From: Octopus bimaculoides
Lineage: Eukaryota
NCBI RefSeq assembly: GCF_001194135.2
Contig: NC_068996.1
Span: 29,759,697 to 29,799,575 of the forward strand
Length of the DNA stretch: 39,879 nucleotides
Direction: 5' to 3'
Position numbers and translations under genes: made by a program
Shown: piece by piece, positions 11,731 to 24,191 of the stretch
Numbering within the stretch: the first letter of the stretch is position 1
Layout: every line of letters starts with the position of its first letter
The notes under the pieces: generated by a model
Seen by the model: the letters and a program-made list of their open reading frames with translations, nothing else
Database searches by the model: none
What the model was told of the DNA's origin: nothing

Positions 11731-13580
11731 ACCTCTGTACTTAGCTTTTGCTGACTTGGAGAAAGCTTTGGGCAGGATCCTGTGATCCCTTATCTAGTGG
11801 TCAATAAAGAAACTAGGGATAGACAAATGGCTGGTGAGAGCTGTACAAGCCATGTACAGAGACATTACCAGTAAGGTGAGGATTGACAAGTACAGCAAAG
11901 AATTCAGGGTACAAGTAGGGAGTTCACTAAAGATCGGTCCTAAACCCCATCTTGTTCATCATAGTCCTCCAGACAATAACAGAGGGATTTAAGACAGGTT
12001 GCCCCTGGGAGCTCCTCTATGCTGATGACCTTGTTCTTATAGCTGAATTACAACCAGAACTAGAGAAAGAGTTCCAGGTATGGAAGCAAAGCCTAGAATC
12101 GAAGGGCCTTAGCATTAACCTAGCAAAAACCAGAGTCTTAGCAAGTAGGAAGGGAGACAAATCATAAGTCCCTTCAGGTAGATGGCCCTGCTTGATCTGT
12201 AGAAAAAGTGTAGGTAGTAACTCTTAAGATGCACCTGGCATATGCTTTGGACACATAAAATGTGCAGTAATATCAAAGGAAGGATAACAAGGAAAATAAC
12301 TTTTGTGTGTGGTAGATGCACAGGTACAATAAACACCAAAAATGTACAGAAAATAGACTCCATCTACTGCCATGGGGGTAAGCTAGAGGTAGTTGACAGC
12401 TTCCATTACATAGGTGATCAATTTAGTAGTGGAGGTGGATGCTCCAAGAGCATAGCTGTCAGAATAAGATTAGGCTGGGCAAAATTTAGAGAGCTCCTGC
12501 CTCTGCTCTCAGAGTGAAAGGCAGACTGTATGATGACTGTGTGTGAACAGCTATGCTGCATGGCAGTAAAACATGAGCTGTGACAGTTGAGGAGATGTGT
12601 AGGCTTGAAAGGAATGAAGCCAGTATGCTTTGCTACATGTGCAACATCAGTGTGCATGTTTGACAGAGTGTAAGCATTTTGAGAGAAAAGTGAGGCATAA
12701 GATGCATCAGATGTGGTGTGCAAGAGAGAGATGAATGGACTAGTATAGTCATGTGATGCATAATTACAAGGACAGCTGTCTAAAGAAGTGCTGATCCATA
12801 ACTGTGGAGGGAACCATTAGTAGAGGCAGACCCAGGAAAACATGGGATGAGGTGGTGAAGCATTATCTCTGAACTTTGAGCCTCACAGAGGCAATGATTA
12901 GTGACCAAGACCTTTGGCAATATGCTGTGCTTGAGAAGACCCATCAAGTCAAGTGAAATCACAGTTGTGGCTGATGCTGGTGTCATGTAACCAGCGCCCA
13001 TGCAGGTGGCACAAAAAAATCACCTTTTAAACATTGAGTCTTATGGAGGCAAAGTGGTTGAGCTCCTTTCAAATGTTGGGCCTCAGAGAGACAATGACTG
13101 AGACCTTTGGCATTATGGTGTTCTTGAAAAGATCCATTAAACCAAGTAAAATCACAGTCATGGCAGATACCAGTGCCATGCAAATGGCACCCATGCCGAT
13201 GGCACATAAAAGCACCTTTTGAGCATTTGGCCTCACGGAGGCAAGGACCAAGACCATTTGCCATTATTCTGGGCTTCAAGCATTGGGCCTCATGGAAGCA
13301 ATGACTGAGTCCATTTGGCATTATGTTGTGCTTGAGAAGAAGACCCATCAAGCCAAGTAAAACCATTCGTGGGAGATATCAATGTTACACAAATGGCACC
13401 CATGCCGGTGGCATGTAAAAGCATCCATTACACTCTCAGAGTGATTGGCACTAGGAAGGGTATCCAGCTGTAGAAACCATGCCAAAACAGAGTGGAGTCT
13501 GATGCAGCTTGCCAATCCTAGTCAAACCATCCAACCCATGTCAGCATGGACAATGGACATTAAATGATGATGATGATGAT
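11731..13580 (+). mobile_element. RTE-type LINE, 5'-truncated: RT, 3' UTR and (GAT)n tail
   Basis: LYLAFADLEKA, WELLYADDLVLIAE, GLSINLAKT, LEVVDSFHYIGD, RIRLGWAKFRELLPLL, GRPRKTWDEVV; ends ggacattaaatgatgatgatgat. Confidence 0.92.
12875..13420 (+). repeat. Tandem ~180-230-bp duplications of the ORF end / 3' UTR, about three copies
   Basis: gcctcacagaggcaatga...gacctttggca.tatg.tgtgcttgagaagacccatcaag.caagt recurs at ~12879, ~13079 and ~13286, plus partial copies. Confidence 0.75.
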
Positions 13581-13822
13581 ACATACAAACACAAATACCC
13601 TGTTGTTGACGTTGCAATTCCAATGACAGAACTTTGGATCTAGGTTAAAAACCAGCTCTTTATTGGCAAAAAATCTTGAAATAAAACTGAACAATGACAT
13701 ACTTATACACATACATATGCATGCATACACACACACACACACACACACACCAATGCACTATAACTAACAATGAAATCATGACATTAACAAACTACAGCTG
13801 ATCAAGCAAAGTTGTGATAACA

Positions 13823-14628
13823 ATCATCATCATCATCATCATCATCGTTTAACGTCCGCTTTCCATGCTAGCATGGGTTGGACGATTTGACTGAGGACTG
13901 GTGAAACCGGATGGCAACACCAGGCTCCAGACTGATTTGGCAGAGTTTCTACAGCTGGATGCCCTTCCTAACGCCAACCACTCAGAGAGTGTAGTGGGTG
14001 CTTTTACGTGTCACCCGCACGAANNNNNNNNNNNNNNNNNNNNNNNNNNNNNNNNNNNNNNNNNNNNNNNNNNNNNNNNNNNNNNNNNNNNNNNNNNNNN
14101 NNNNNNNNNNNNNNNNNNNNNNNNNNNNNNNNNNNNNNNNNNNNNNNNNNNNNNNNNNNNNNNNNNNNNNNNNNNNNNNNNNNNNNNNNNNNNNNNNNNN
14201 NNNNNNNNNNNNNNNNNNNNNNNNNNNNNNNNNNNNNNNNNNNNNNNNNNNNNNNNNNNNNNNNNNNNNNNNNNNNNNNNNNNNNNNNNCTCACCACCTC
14301 AGCCCAGGTCTTCCTGGGCCTATCTCTTCCACGGGTTCCCTCAACTGTTAGGGTGTGGCACTTTTTCACGCAGCTATCCTCCTCCATTCTCACCACATGT
14401 CCATACCAGCGCAATCGTCTCTCTTGCACGCCACAACTGATGCTTCTAATGTTCAGCTTTTCTCTCAAGATACTTACACTCTGACGGGTATTCACATTGA
14501 CATTACACATCCAACGGAGCATACTGGCTTCATTCCTTGCGAGCTTACGTATGTCCTCAGCAGTTACAGCCCATGTTTCACTGCCATGTAGCATGGTTGT
14601 TCGTACGCATGCGTCATACAGTCTGCCT
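13823..14628 (-). mobile_element. Young RTE-type LINE 3' fragment spanning an N gap
   Basis: Uninterrupted frame LYDACVRTTMLHGSETWAV...RRLRWYGHVVRM...RPRKTWAEVV; CpGs retained; (CAT)n tail on the + strand. Confidence 0.92.
14024..14289. other. Assembly gap
   Basis: N run. Other gaps: 19408-19417, 23897-24191, 27980-28240, 31828-32385, 38374-38571. Confidence 1.
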
Positions 14629-14669
14629 TATTTGATTTAACAGCTTCAAACATTACTTTATAACTGGCT

Positions 14670-15460
14670 ATGTGAAGCTGTGTAAGAAAAACCAACTTAT
14701 TGCACAGGCTGTGTGATATTTATTTACTGCATGTAATTGTTTGCAGCTGCAATATCATTGACCTACATCTACATGAAGCTGTGATATTATTGTACTACAA
14801 TCGATTATGTGAAGCCATGATATTATGTCCAATATACTATAATTGATGGTATGAACTGCAATACCAATGTAGTAGAATTGACTGTGTCAAGTTGTGATAC
14901 CATTTCAATATATTACAAGTGATGATGGTATGAAGTTGTGATAACAATGTACAACAACTGATTGTGTGAAGCTATGATCTCAATATTACTACCTTTGATT
15001 GTATGAAGCTAAGGTATTCATATACTTTAAGTGATCATGTGAAGCTGTGATATCAATGTGTTACAATTATGGGAAGCAACACTAAATCAATGTACAACTG
15101 ATTCATTGAAGCTGAAATATTAAATGTATTACAACTCATGCTGTAAAGTTGTGTTTCTAGTGTCCTACAACTGATATGAAGTTAGTGAAGTACAAATGAC
15201 TGTGTGGAGCTGTGATAATGATGTGCTAATGATGATAGTATGAAGCTGTTATTTTTAGTCAATATATTACAACTACGTTCACTGTCTTACTGCAACAGAT
15301 TGTATGAAGCTGTAATATCGATGTCTTTTTACTGATTTTGTGGAACCTTGATATCAAAGGAATACTCTACAGTTGATTATATGAAGTTGTGGTATCAAAT
15401 GTACAATTCACAATTAATTGTATGAAGCTATGATATGGATATAATATATGATTGTAACAT
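14670..15460. repeat. Degenerate ~36-bp minisatellite, about 20 units
   Basis: Recurring TGAAGCTGTGATATCAATGTACTACAACTGATTGTA; units at 14931-15040 measure 36, 37 and 36 bp. Confidence 0.85.
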
Positions 15461-16659
15461 AACTTTAGTTCTGTGCAATCCAGAGCCAATATTTGTGTCA
15501 GCCTGGTAAGGAGTCCAAAATAATTTCAGAGATAAAACATAACAAAAACAAACAGGTTCGTGCAAGAAGAGTTCAATATTTCATAGCATGGTCCAAAAAA
15601 GAAAATTGATATAAGAATTGAATATTCAGTTATGCTTCTAAACTATTCAATTTTTTTAATATATTGCTTTATTGGAAAGTTCTGTTTTTCCTTTCCTATA
15701 TAAAATACCCATGTGCTTGATTTTGTTTGTGTTCTTGAGCTCTTTTGGAATATTGCTACCTGAATAGCTTGAAATCACTGATGAAATCAGGAACTGATGT
15801 CCTTGAGTCTTATATACAGCTGATTTTTCATTTATAAATAATATTAACTATAAATTTAGCAAGAGACATATTCATTGGACTTTCTTTGGACTTGAGGACA
15901 ATATATGCAGAATCAAAATTCTGAGTGACTCTGAAACAAGAAACATTTCAGTAAATTAACATGCTATCACTATGGAAAATGTTGAATGCATAAATATTTC
16001 AAACTGGATTCAGTCATTCAGATTCATAACGGTATGGTGGTTGTGGGTTTTGGTTGGTGAAGGAGACAGGGAATACATATATATCATCATCATCACATCA
16101 TCATCATCATCATCCATTAATATCTGTTTTCCATGCTGGTATGGGTTGGACTGATTCACCAAAAATGATAAACTAAGGTTAGCTATTTAGCTTGCAAAAA
16201 TTTTGCGTGTTATATCAGATGTCATAATGCCATGAAGCTGAATAGAAGAGAGATGCAAGCAACTAGCCAACAAAGATCATGCAACTATAGATAGAATTCA
16301 TGAGAACTGTCCACCAGATAATAACTGTTTGGCTTAAGTTAATAGTTTACAGTGCAATGGTTTACAGTGCTATGGCTTTGCTAAAGTTTATATGGTTCTT
16401 ATATGAGACAAGTCCTTATGAATTCAAAATTACCTAGTCTATTGTACATAATGCACAACCTTACAAGAATGGGACCTTTTAATCAAAGATATATGGTAAC
16501 ATTTGAGCAAAAAATAAAATTTTGACAGAAGGCGCCAATGATTTAAGCAAAAGAATGAATTATTCACACCTTCCACATGCATATAGTTAAATATCTTTTA
16601 TGCAAATACAAGCCTCCTTGAATTTCGTTCTGGTTCAGAAAAAAATCTTGGTTTTTGAA

Positions 16660-16731
16660 CTGTTTAATTAATAGGTTTTATTGATATATGTCTATTAAGA
16701 CATATATCAATAAAACCTATTAATTAAACAG
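16660..16731. repeat. Perfect 34-bp inverted repeat with a 4-nt loop
   Basis: ctgtttaattaataggttttattgatatatgtct-atta-agacatatatcaataaaacctattaattaaacag. Confidence 0.95.
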
Positions 16732-17213
16732 GTGTGTGTGTGTGTGTGTGTATGTGTGTGTCTATTAGTGAGTATAAGTATATAAGCATATGTGTGTATA
16801 TATATATATTTCTGTGTATATATATGTGTTTATGTCTGTACATATGCATATATGCGTGTGTCTACACAGGCACCTGCAAAGTGAACTCCCACATACACCA
16901 CACTGTTTTGTAAAACATCAATTAAAAATATTACTTAAAAGTATTATTTTGGAATATTGCTTAAACAGCAATGCAATTTCACAACTTTGATCGCATGGTG
17001 TTTATGACATTTATAATGATATTACTATGAAAACCAGAAATGGAATCAAGAGTGTGAGCTTGAAGCAGCCATTTTCACATATGTGTTCACGAAGGTTTCA
17101 AAAGATATTCAGATAGTGACTATTCAAAAGAAAACCAGGATCACCTTATCAACTGATGATTGGAAATGAGTTCTGGAAATCAGAACCTTTCAGTTATAAT
17201 GTTCATATGTGTG

Positions 17214-17279
<66 letters not shown>

Positions 17280-17599
17280 AATTCAAATAAAGGTTACAAA
17301 CCTCAATAAGAGACAATAAAATCCAATGAAAATACTGGTCTATTTAAAAAGTGTTGAATATTACAACTAATACTCAACTGTAAGGTAACACGATAAGCCG
17401 TAGTTTACATATATTTTACATATATTTAAAAATATATATATATAAATCTATATAGATGTAACATATGGTATAATTACAAGCAAGGCAAATTTTAGCCATT
17501 TCTCTATAGACTGAAAAAAATGATGAACAACCTTAATCAATTTTTTAACCTTATTGGGCGTCTTGTGTGTGTGGGGGGATATGTGTAGGAAGAATCTTA

Positions 17600-18620
17600 T
17601 ATATATAGGAAGAATCTTATCATTTTCTTCTAAAGAATGGGCTTACTGATAATGATAGAAAGTAACATTAATAATGTAGATTTTTTAGACATTATCTTAC
17701 ATTTGCAATTAGATTTAAACCCTACATTAAGCACAATGAAAAGCTATTTTATATTAACAAAGAATCAAATCATCCACCTGTAATTCTTAAGAATCTAGTT
17801 AGTAATATAGGAAGGTGCCTATCATCCATATCTTCAGACGAGATAGCATTTCAAAATGCCATGCTATATTATAATAATGCATTAAAGAAAAGTGGATTCT
17901 CGGGGAAGAATCAGTATAGTCAAACTGCTTCTAGCCATAATAGAACATGTAAAACTAGAACTAGGAAAGTTTTGTGGTTTAATCCAGCATTTAACATTGC
18001 CGTAAAAACAAATATAGGTAGAGAATTCTTAAAACTAGTTTCTAAACATTTTCAAACTAGCCATAAGTTCAAAAGAATTTTTAAACGGTGAAGGTTAGAT
18101 GTTCTTGTTGCAAAAACTTCACCTCTTTAATTAATCAGCACAGAGCAAAAATCATTAGAAGCAACCACAGTGCTGAGTTTAACCAGAAGAATTGCAATTT
18201 TAAAGATCAGAGTTGCTGTCTGTTAGAAGGAAAATGTCTTGAGAAAGGAATAGTTTATAGAACTAAAGTACAAATAGATGGCTCACAACAATATAAAACA
18301 TACACAGGAGCTTCAGGGAATTCTTCTAGGCTAGATTTTATTCCCGTCGAAATTCTTTTCAATGCCCCAAAATAAAACAGCAACAAGTCTCGCAAAACAC
18401 ATCTGGCAACTGAAGGAAATGATACCTGTCCTTTCAATATCAGCTGGACAATTTTGGAGAAAGCAGCACCATATAAACATGGGGCATATAGATGACCAAT
18501 GAGATGCAATCTCTGCCTCTCTGAAAAACTCTTCATTGTGTTCTAGGATAAACATGCATTGAACCAAAGATGAGAGCTTTTAAATGCCTGCAAGCACACT
18601 ACAAGGTTTAAAATGTTAAA
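17600..18620 (+). mobile_element. Penelope-like element B: RT C-terminus, Cys linker and GIY-YIG (degenerate)
   Basis: VDFLDIIL...YINKESNHPPVILKNL; VLWFNPAFNIAVKTNIGREFLKLVSKHF; CNFKDQSCCLLEGKCLEKGIVY...KTYTG; AKHIWQLK...ISWTILEK...CNLCLSEK...LNQR*ELLNACKH. Confidence 0.88.
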
Positions 18621-19417
18621 AAAATATCATATGAATAATTTTTTGTCTTTTGAAAAAAAGTTTTTGACTTTTGCATTTGAATTTGGCTTTTATACCTAAA
18701 ATATAGACATCTTGTAGTATTACAATGCTGGTACATATTTCGCCTTCATATTTTACATTCGTCTTTTACAAAAGCCTTCAATTCATTTGCAAATTTAAAT
18801 TCAAATTTTACCAAGGTTAAATATTTACGCATTTTTACTCATTCTCCTATTTAAATTTAAATTTATATATTTTTTAAAATTTATATATTTAAATTACACT
18901 TAATTATATTATATTAATTTATTGCACAATTTTATTTTAATATTCAATACACCAGTTTTCAATATATCTATATGTGTATATACATTATGGTGTATTTATG
19001 TATCTTGATGTTGATATATGTATGTAGATATATATATATCTACATATATGCTTAATTGTATATTTTTATGCATGCCTACATGAGTGTTACTATTGTATAT
19101 ATGTATGTATTTCTGTAGATATATATGTCTGTTTTATATGTGTGCGGTTGCAAGCTTACAGAAGTATCTAACATTTGTTAGATACTTTTTGGGAACACCA
19201 ACTTCCAAATCATTTCTCTCTCTCTATCTATTTTTTGTCTTTCTCTTTCTATTTTTCTTTCTCCCACCACTTATTATTTTCTTATTTTCTTTTTTGTTTT
19301 CTTTTTCTAGCTTGTAACAACTAAGTTGTATATTTAGAAATACACATGGAGACACATTATATGTATATATGTACATAGATACCTATATATGCTTTAGTAT
19401 ATATATANNNNNNNNNN

Positions 19418-19466
19418 TTTATGTGTTTCAGCCAAGTGGCTGCGGTCATGCTGGTGCACCACCGTG
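19418..19466 (-). mobile_element. SINE 3' tail next to a gap
   Basis: Reverse complement ggtggtgcaccagcatgaccgcagccacttggctgaaacacataaa matches the 3' end of the SINE at ~1565-1620. Confidence 0.6.
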
Positions 19467-20039
19467 AATGTATGTATAGGTTTTTTGATATGTGTATATA
19501 TAGCTACGTGTATATATATTTTTATGATGTTAGTTCTATCTAAATGTTTTTATTTTAAATAGCCATATCTTTTTAATTAATTTAAATTTATTTTAACATT
19601 AATTAATTTACCCTGGATATGCAGATTTTTTTCCTTCCACTAAAGCTAATTTCTGATTTAAGGTTTTCTTTGATTTTCATTTGATTTTAAATCGTAATTG
19701 TAATTTCATATAACTGATTGTTGAAAAGACCATTAGTTAAAAGGACCAATGAAACAAAACCATTTTCAAATGCATATCTATCAATATAATTGTATATTTA
19801 TGCATATAACCTTATTTTTGTTCCATTCTCAACCAAAAGTGTCTGATGAATGGGAATGTGAAACTCTGAGTAACAGTTTTTGTGATGTTTTTGCAGCTTT
19901 ATTAATAAAGTATATTTCTGTATATACATATGTATGAACGTTCAGGAAGCTATTAGCTTTGTTGGTAATAAAAGACTGCTCTCTCAGAGTAAAAGGCAGA
20001 TTATATGATGCTTGTATATGAACAGTACTGTGAAATCTG

Positions 20040-20240
20040 AGCCACAAATGCAGATGACATCTGCATACAGAAGTGCTGATCCTTAAATGTGGACAGAACC
20101 TGTGGAAGAAGTAAATTCAAGAAGGCATGGAATGCAGTGGTGAAATGACCTCAAGATGCTGAATCTCATAGAGATGATGATAAAACACTAAGATGATTGG
20201 TAATTTGCTGTGCTCAACAAGACCCATCCATCTAAGCAAA
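20040..20240 (+). mobile_element. Old RTE ORF-end remnant
   Basis: cagaagtgctgatcc...gctgtgctcaacaagacccatc parallels 12783-12945. Confidence 0.55.
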
Positions 20241-20479
20241 AACGAGGTCCTAAAATCATATGTATGCTCTTGAACCCAATCTATCTCTGACATGTCTCTT
20301 CTCAGCAACTTGTCTGCCTAACACCTGAACCTCATCACTCTTCTGACTACAGCACTATTTAATCAGCTGCTTTAATTGTATGAGAGCTGAAGTGAACAAA
20401 TTTCACTCCCAACATTTTGCATTCCTACTCACCCTTCCTGGGACCATTTACTTTAGCTCTTGATTTCTAAGAATCATCC

Positions 20480-20900
20480 CTTACCCTCTTATTTTCCTAT
20501 CAATGCTCCTTTCACTTCTACTTTTCCCTCATACACTGCTTCATTCTGCCATCTCATCCCCTATGTACTTCTGACCTCGACTTTGGCACTGTGCATTATT
20601 ATTCACTGCCTACACTCCACATCATCTATGCCACCTTCTATTGCCTCTACCTTCTCCCTCCAAAAATTGATATTTTCCATTAACCATGCTTCCACTCATG
20701 TTCACCATATGCTGCATTCAGCTCTCTCTCCATCTCTATCCATCTGCCATTCTTTTTTCACACTCTCACAAACTTATCTACTCATTTACATGTCCAACCC
20801 TCTGGACTACTTCTCGTATATTCACCTTCTCTTATCTTCACCTTGAGGGTATGCCCTGAGACCTCTTCACACTCTTCTCTCTCTTTCCAGTTGAGTTAGC
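20480..20900 (-). mobile_element. Heavily decayed RTE endonuclease-RT linker remnant
   Basis: Purine-rich minus strand; EKVEAIEGGIDDVECRQ*IIMHSAKVEVRS resembles the VEG...EEV..A...MK.GKA.G.S motif. Confidence 0.4.
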
Positions 20901-21294
20901 TATTTATTCTATTGAAAGACACTTGCTTCTGTCCTTCTCTCATATTTTACTCTTTCATTACCTGGTATAAAGCTACCTCCCTCAATAATGCACCTTTAGT
21001 TGATGAGGTCTTGTCATGCAAGTTATTTGGTAATTTCACTACTGCCACTGTCACTTATATAGCACCAAGTACACACCATGTAAAGGTTGGTATTAGGAAA
21101 GGCATACAGTCTAGGAACCATGCCAAAGCAAACATTGGAACTTGGCACTGTCTTTTGGCTTATCAGCTCCTGTCAAACCATCCAACTTATGTCGGTATGA
21201 AAAACAGATGTCAAACAATGATGATTATATATATTATTAGTCAATCTGTCATCAACGATGACCAAGGACAGTACATGGGAGATGAGTCACAGTG

Positions 21295-22800
21295 TGTCCA
21301 GCTGTAGCTGATCAGTCTAATGCATGCTCGGAAGGCTCTGCCACAGGTCAGGTGCTGGTCGTCTGCAAAGACTGAAGGGAAGTAGTTGGCTCTGGACTTG
21401 CTCAGTTCGTGTTTTCTTTGTGCCCCTGTAATCCTATTTTGATTGTAAGCAATGGCACCTTTGTTGCTGTAGCTTCATTAGGTCTTGTGTTTGCATTTCC
21501 CAAGGTGTCAGGGTTAATCTCAAAGCTCTTTGGTAAGACTTTGAGCATATCCTTGAAGCACTTCTGTCCACCTTGCGTGCTCTTGCCTTCTGTCAGTTTG
21601 CAGTAAAACAATCTCTTGTGGAATCATATATCAGGCATTCAAACAAGGTCATCTGACCACCTGACTTTCACTCTCTTCAGCAGTGTCTAAATGCTTGGCA
21701 GATCAACTCAAGAGAGAACCTCTGTGTCTGGGACCTTGTCTTGCCAGGAGATTTACAACCGCTTTTTCAGGTGGTTTATGTGGAAGCACTTAACTTTTTG
21801 GCATGGTGTTCATAAACCATCCAAGTCTCACAGGCATACAGTAGTGTAAGCAGTACAACTGCTTTGTACATCTTCAACTTGATGACAAGTCTAATGTTGA
21901 CTTGATGACAAGCCATCAAGTTGATGACAAACCTCTCTCAAACTGAATCACATAGCTGCACAAATGCTGAGCTTCCCTTGGCAATGCATGTAACAACTTG
22001 ATCGTCAATGTTCACAGATCTGGAAAGTCTACTGCTGAGGTACTTGAACTAAGCAACGACCTTCAGGATTTACCTTTTACAGTGATAGTTGGTTCCACAT
22101 ACAACTTCTGAGCAAGAAATCCTCCACTTCTCTGAGCTTTGCCAGCACCTTGCTTTTTGTGATTTTGTAGGCTGCTTTCTTGGAAGCTGATGTGCTGTCT
22201 TGCTGAGAGACTCTGTTGGTTTCACGCTTCTCATTGAACAGCTTTTGAATTTCCTCATCATTGTGTTGAACTAGTTGTGGTGTTTACATGTGTTCTGGCA
22301 CAGATGAATGAGTGCAAGTGTTGTACACCACACCTTTGGATACCACTCAGTCTTTTCTACTCCCTTTGTACAAGCATCAAATTGGCTTTACTTGCTGTCC
22401 AAGTCCTCACTGAGATTCTGTTTCACATTGTGCCATTCAAATTTGCTGATGCTTAGTTGCTTGTTTGCCAGCTTCCTTTGTGGTCACTGCTTGGGCTGGA
22501 TGTACATGTCAAGTTTTGCATGGATGAGTCTGAGATCTGTCCAGCATTCTGCACTATACACAGCCTTTGTCACCCTAACATCCCTTATGTCCCATCTCCT
22601 GACTATGACACAGTCAATTAGATGCTAATGTTTGTTGTGTGAATGCATCAAGCACATCTTTTTGCAGTTAGGAAGGTACAACACTGAAGCTCAAGAAGAT
22701 TTATGACAAGTAAGTTCCAATTTTCTGACTGCAAGACCCAATTTGTTTTGTTCAATCTTCCAAGAAGGTCATTTTAAAGAACTCACAAAAAAGACCATTT
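21295..22800 (-). mobile_element. RTE/BovB-like LINE with the RT core deleted
   Basis: Endonuclease end AECWTDLRLIHAKL; linker DEEIQKLFNEK...KAAYK; RT end FKYLSS...MYKAVVLTLLYACETW...FYCKLTEGKSTQGGQKCFKDMLK; degenerate terminal C2H2. Confidence 0.82.
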
Positions 22801-23359
22801 TCAAATTCTTCATTTCCTTACTCAATCTTTTTCGCCTCTTGCTGTTTAGTGCATATTTGATTTTTCATGAAGCCCTTGTACAAGTCTGAATAATATCAAA
22901 ATGTTATAACTATCTTGCATCAAATCTTTTCCTAAAGATGATACCAGTATATTTCATTGATGTCTAGAAGTACATAAAAGGAATACAGACACTGAACAAA
23001 ATAAAAGAATTTTACAATCTCTAGAGTAGTACTTCTTAAAATAGGAGGAGGTGGAAAATTTTTTGTGCTTGTGCCTCTCTCCCAGAGAGTGAGAGAGGGG
23101 ATTGAGTGCAGAGGACAGTGGAAGAACAATAGATGCATCTTTTAATTGTCCTACTTCTTAAAAATATTTTCAATTATTATTTTGTGTGAACCATCTGATA
23201 ATATTAGAAGCCAAAATGTCCTTTGACTATGTACAAGAAGTATTTTAATGGTGAGGAATTTGTTGGCATTTTTTTTTTTTTTTTTGTAGTGTAAGTTTTT
23301 CTTACTAGGGGACCATTGAAAGACTGTTTGTAAACAAAAGAGAGCAATAGTACAAATCA

Positions 23360-23410
23360 TGGTGGTGCTTCAGCATGATGGCAGCTGCATGGCTGAAATG
23401 AATAAAAGAA
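23360..23410 (+). mobile_element. SINE 3' tail
   Basis: ggtggtgcttcagcatgatggcagctgcatggctgaaatgaataaaagaat. Confidence 0.55.
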
Positions 23411-23426
23411 TATATATATACAAATA

Positions 23427-23804
23427 CATTTAAAAGAAGAAGAAATGGAAATTGGGAAGTTAATTGTTTTTAATTAACAGCAAATTGGTCATCTTCACTT
23501 ACAGTCATTTCTATTCATACTCAATAAACATTAAATTTACATTTATGCAACATGAGCATAATATTATCAGAGGTAAAAAAAAGATGTACCTTTGGATGCT
23601 ATATGTGTGTTTGTGAATTCATTTTAGCAGACTCAGTCTTAGTCTACTTAAATGAATTCACAAACACATGTATAGCATCCAAAGGTACATCTTTTTTTTA
23701 CCTCTGATAATATTATGCTCATGTTGCATTAATGTAAATTTAATGTTTATTGAGTATGAATAGAAACAATTAACTTCCCAATTTCCATTTTCTTCTTTTA
23801 AATG
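23427..23804. repeat. Long fold-back inverted repeat, ~165-205-bp arms, 7-nt loop
   Basis: Arms 23427-23633 and 23641-23804; about 5 mismatches in the inner ~123 bp; ~40-nt extra segment in the left arm. Confidence 0.92.
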
Positions 23805-24191
23805 AATATAACTATATGTTTTTATATACACCTATTATTTTAGGGAAATTAATTGCCCCAAAATATTAGGTATTGAACCAGTATTTCCTTGGATGANNNN
23901 NNNNNNNNNNNNNNNNNNNNNNNNNNNNNNNNNNNNNNNNNNNNNNNNNNNNNNNNNNNNNNNNNNNNNNNNNNNNNNNNNNNNNNNNNNNNNNNNNNNN
24001 NNNNNNNNNNNNNNNNNNNNNNNNNNNNNNNNNNNNNNNNNNNNNNNNNNNNNNNNNNNNNNNNNNNNNNNNNNNNNNNNNNNNNNNNNNNNNNNNNNNN
24101 NNNNNNNNNNNNNNNNNNNNNNNNNNNNNNNNNNNNNNNNNNNNNNNNNNNNNNNNNNNNNNNNNNNNNNNNNNNNNNNNNNNNNNNNNNN

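Noticed and set aside
14670-15460. CRISPR-like 36-bp periodicity
   Set aside because: Units are contiguous and degenerate with no unique spacers; eukaryotic context; no cas genes.
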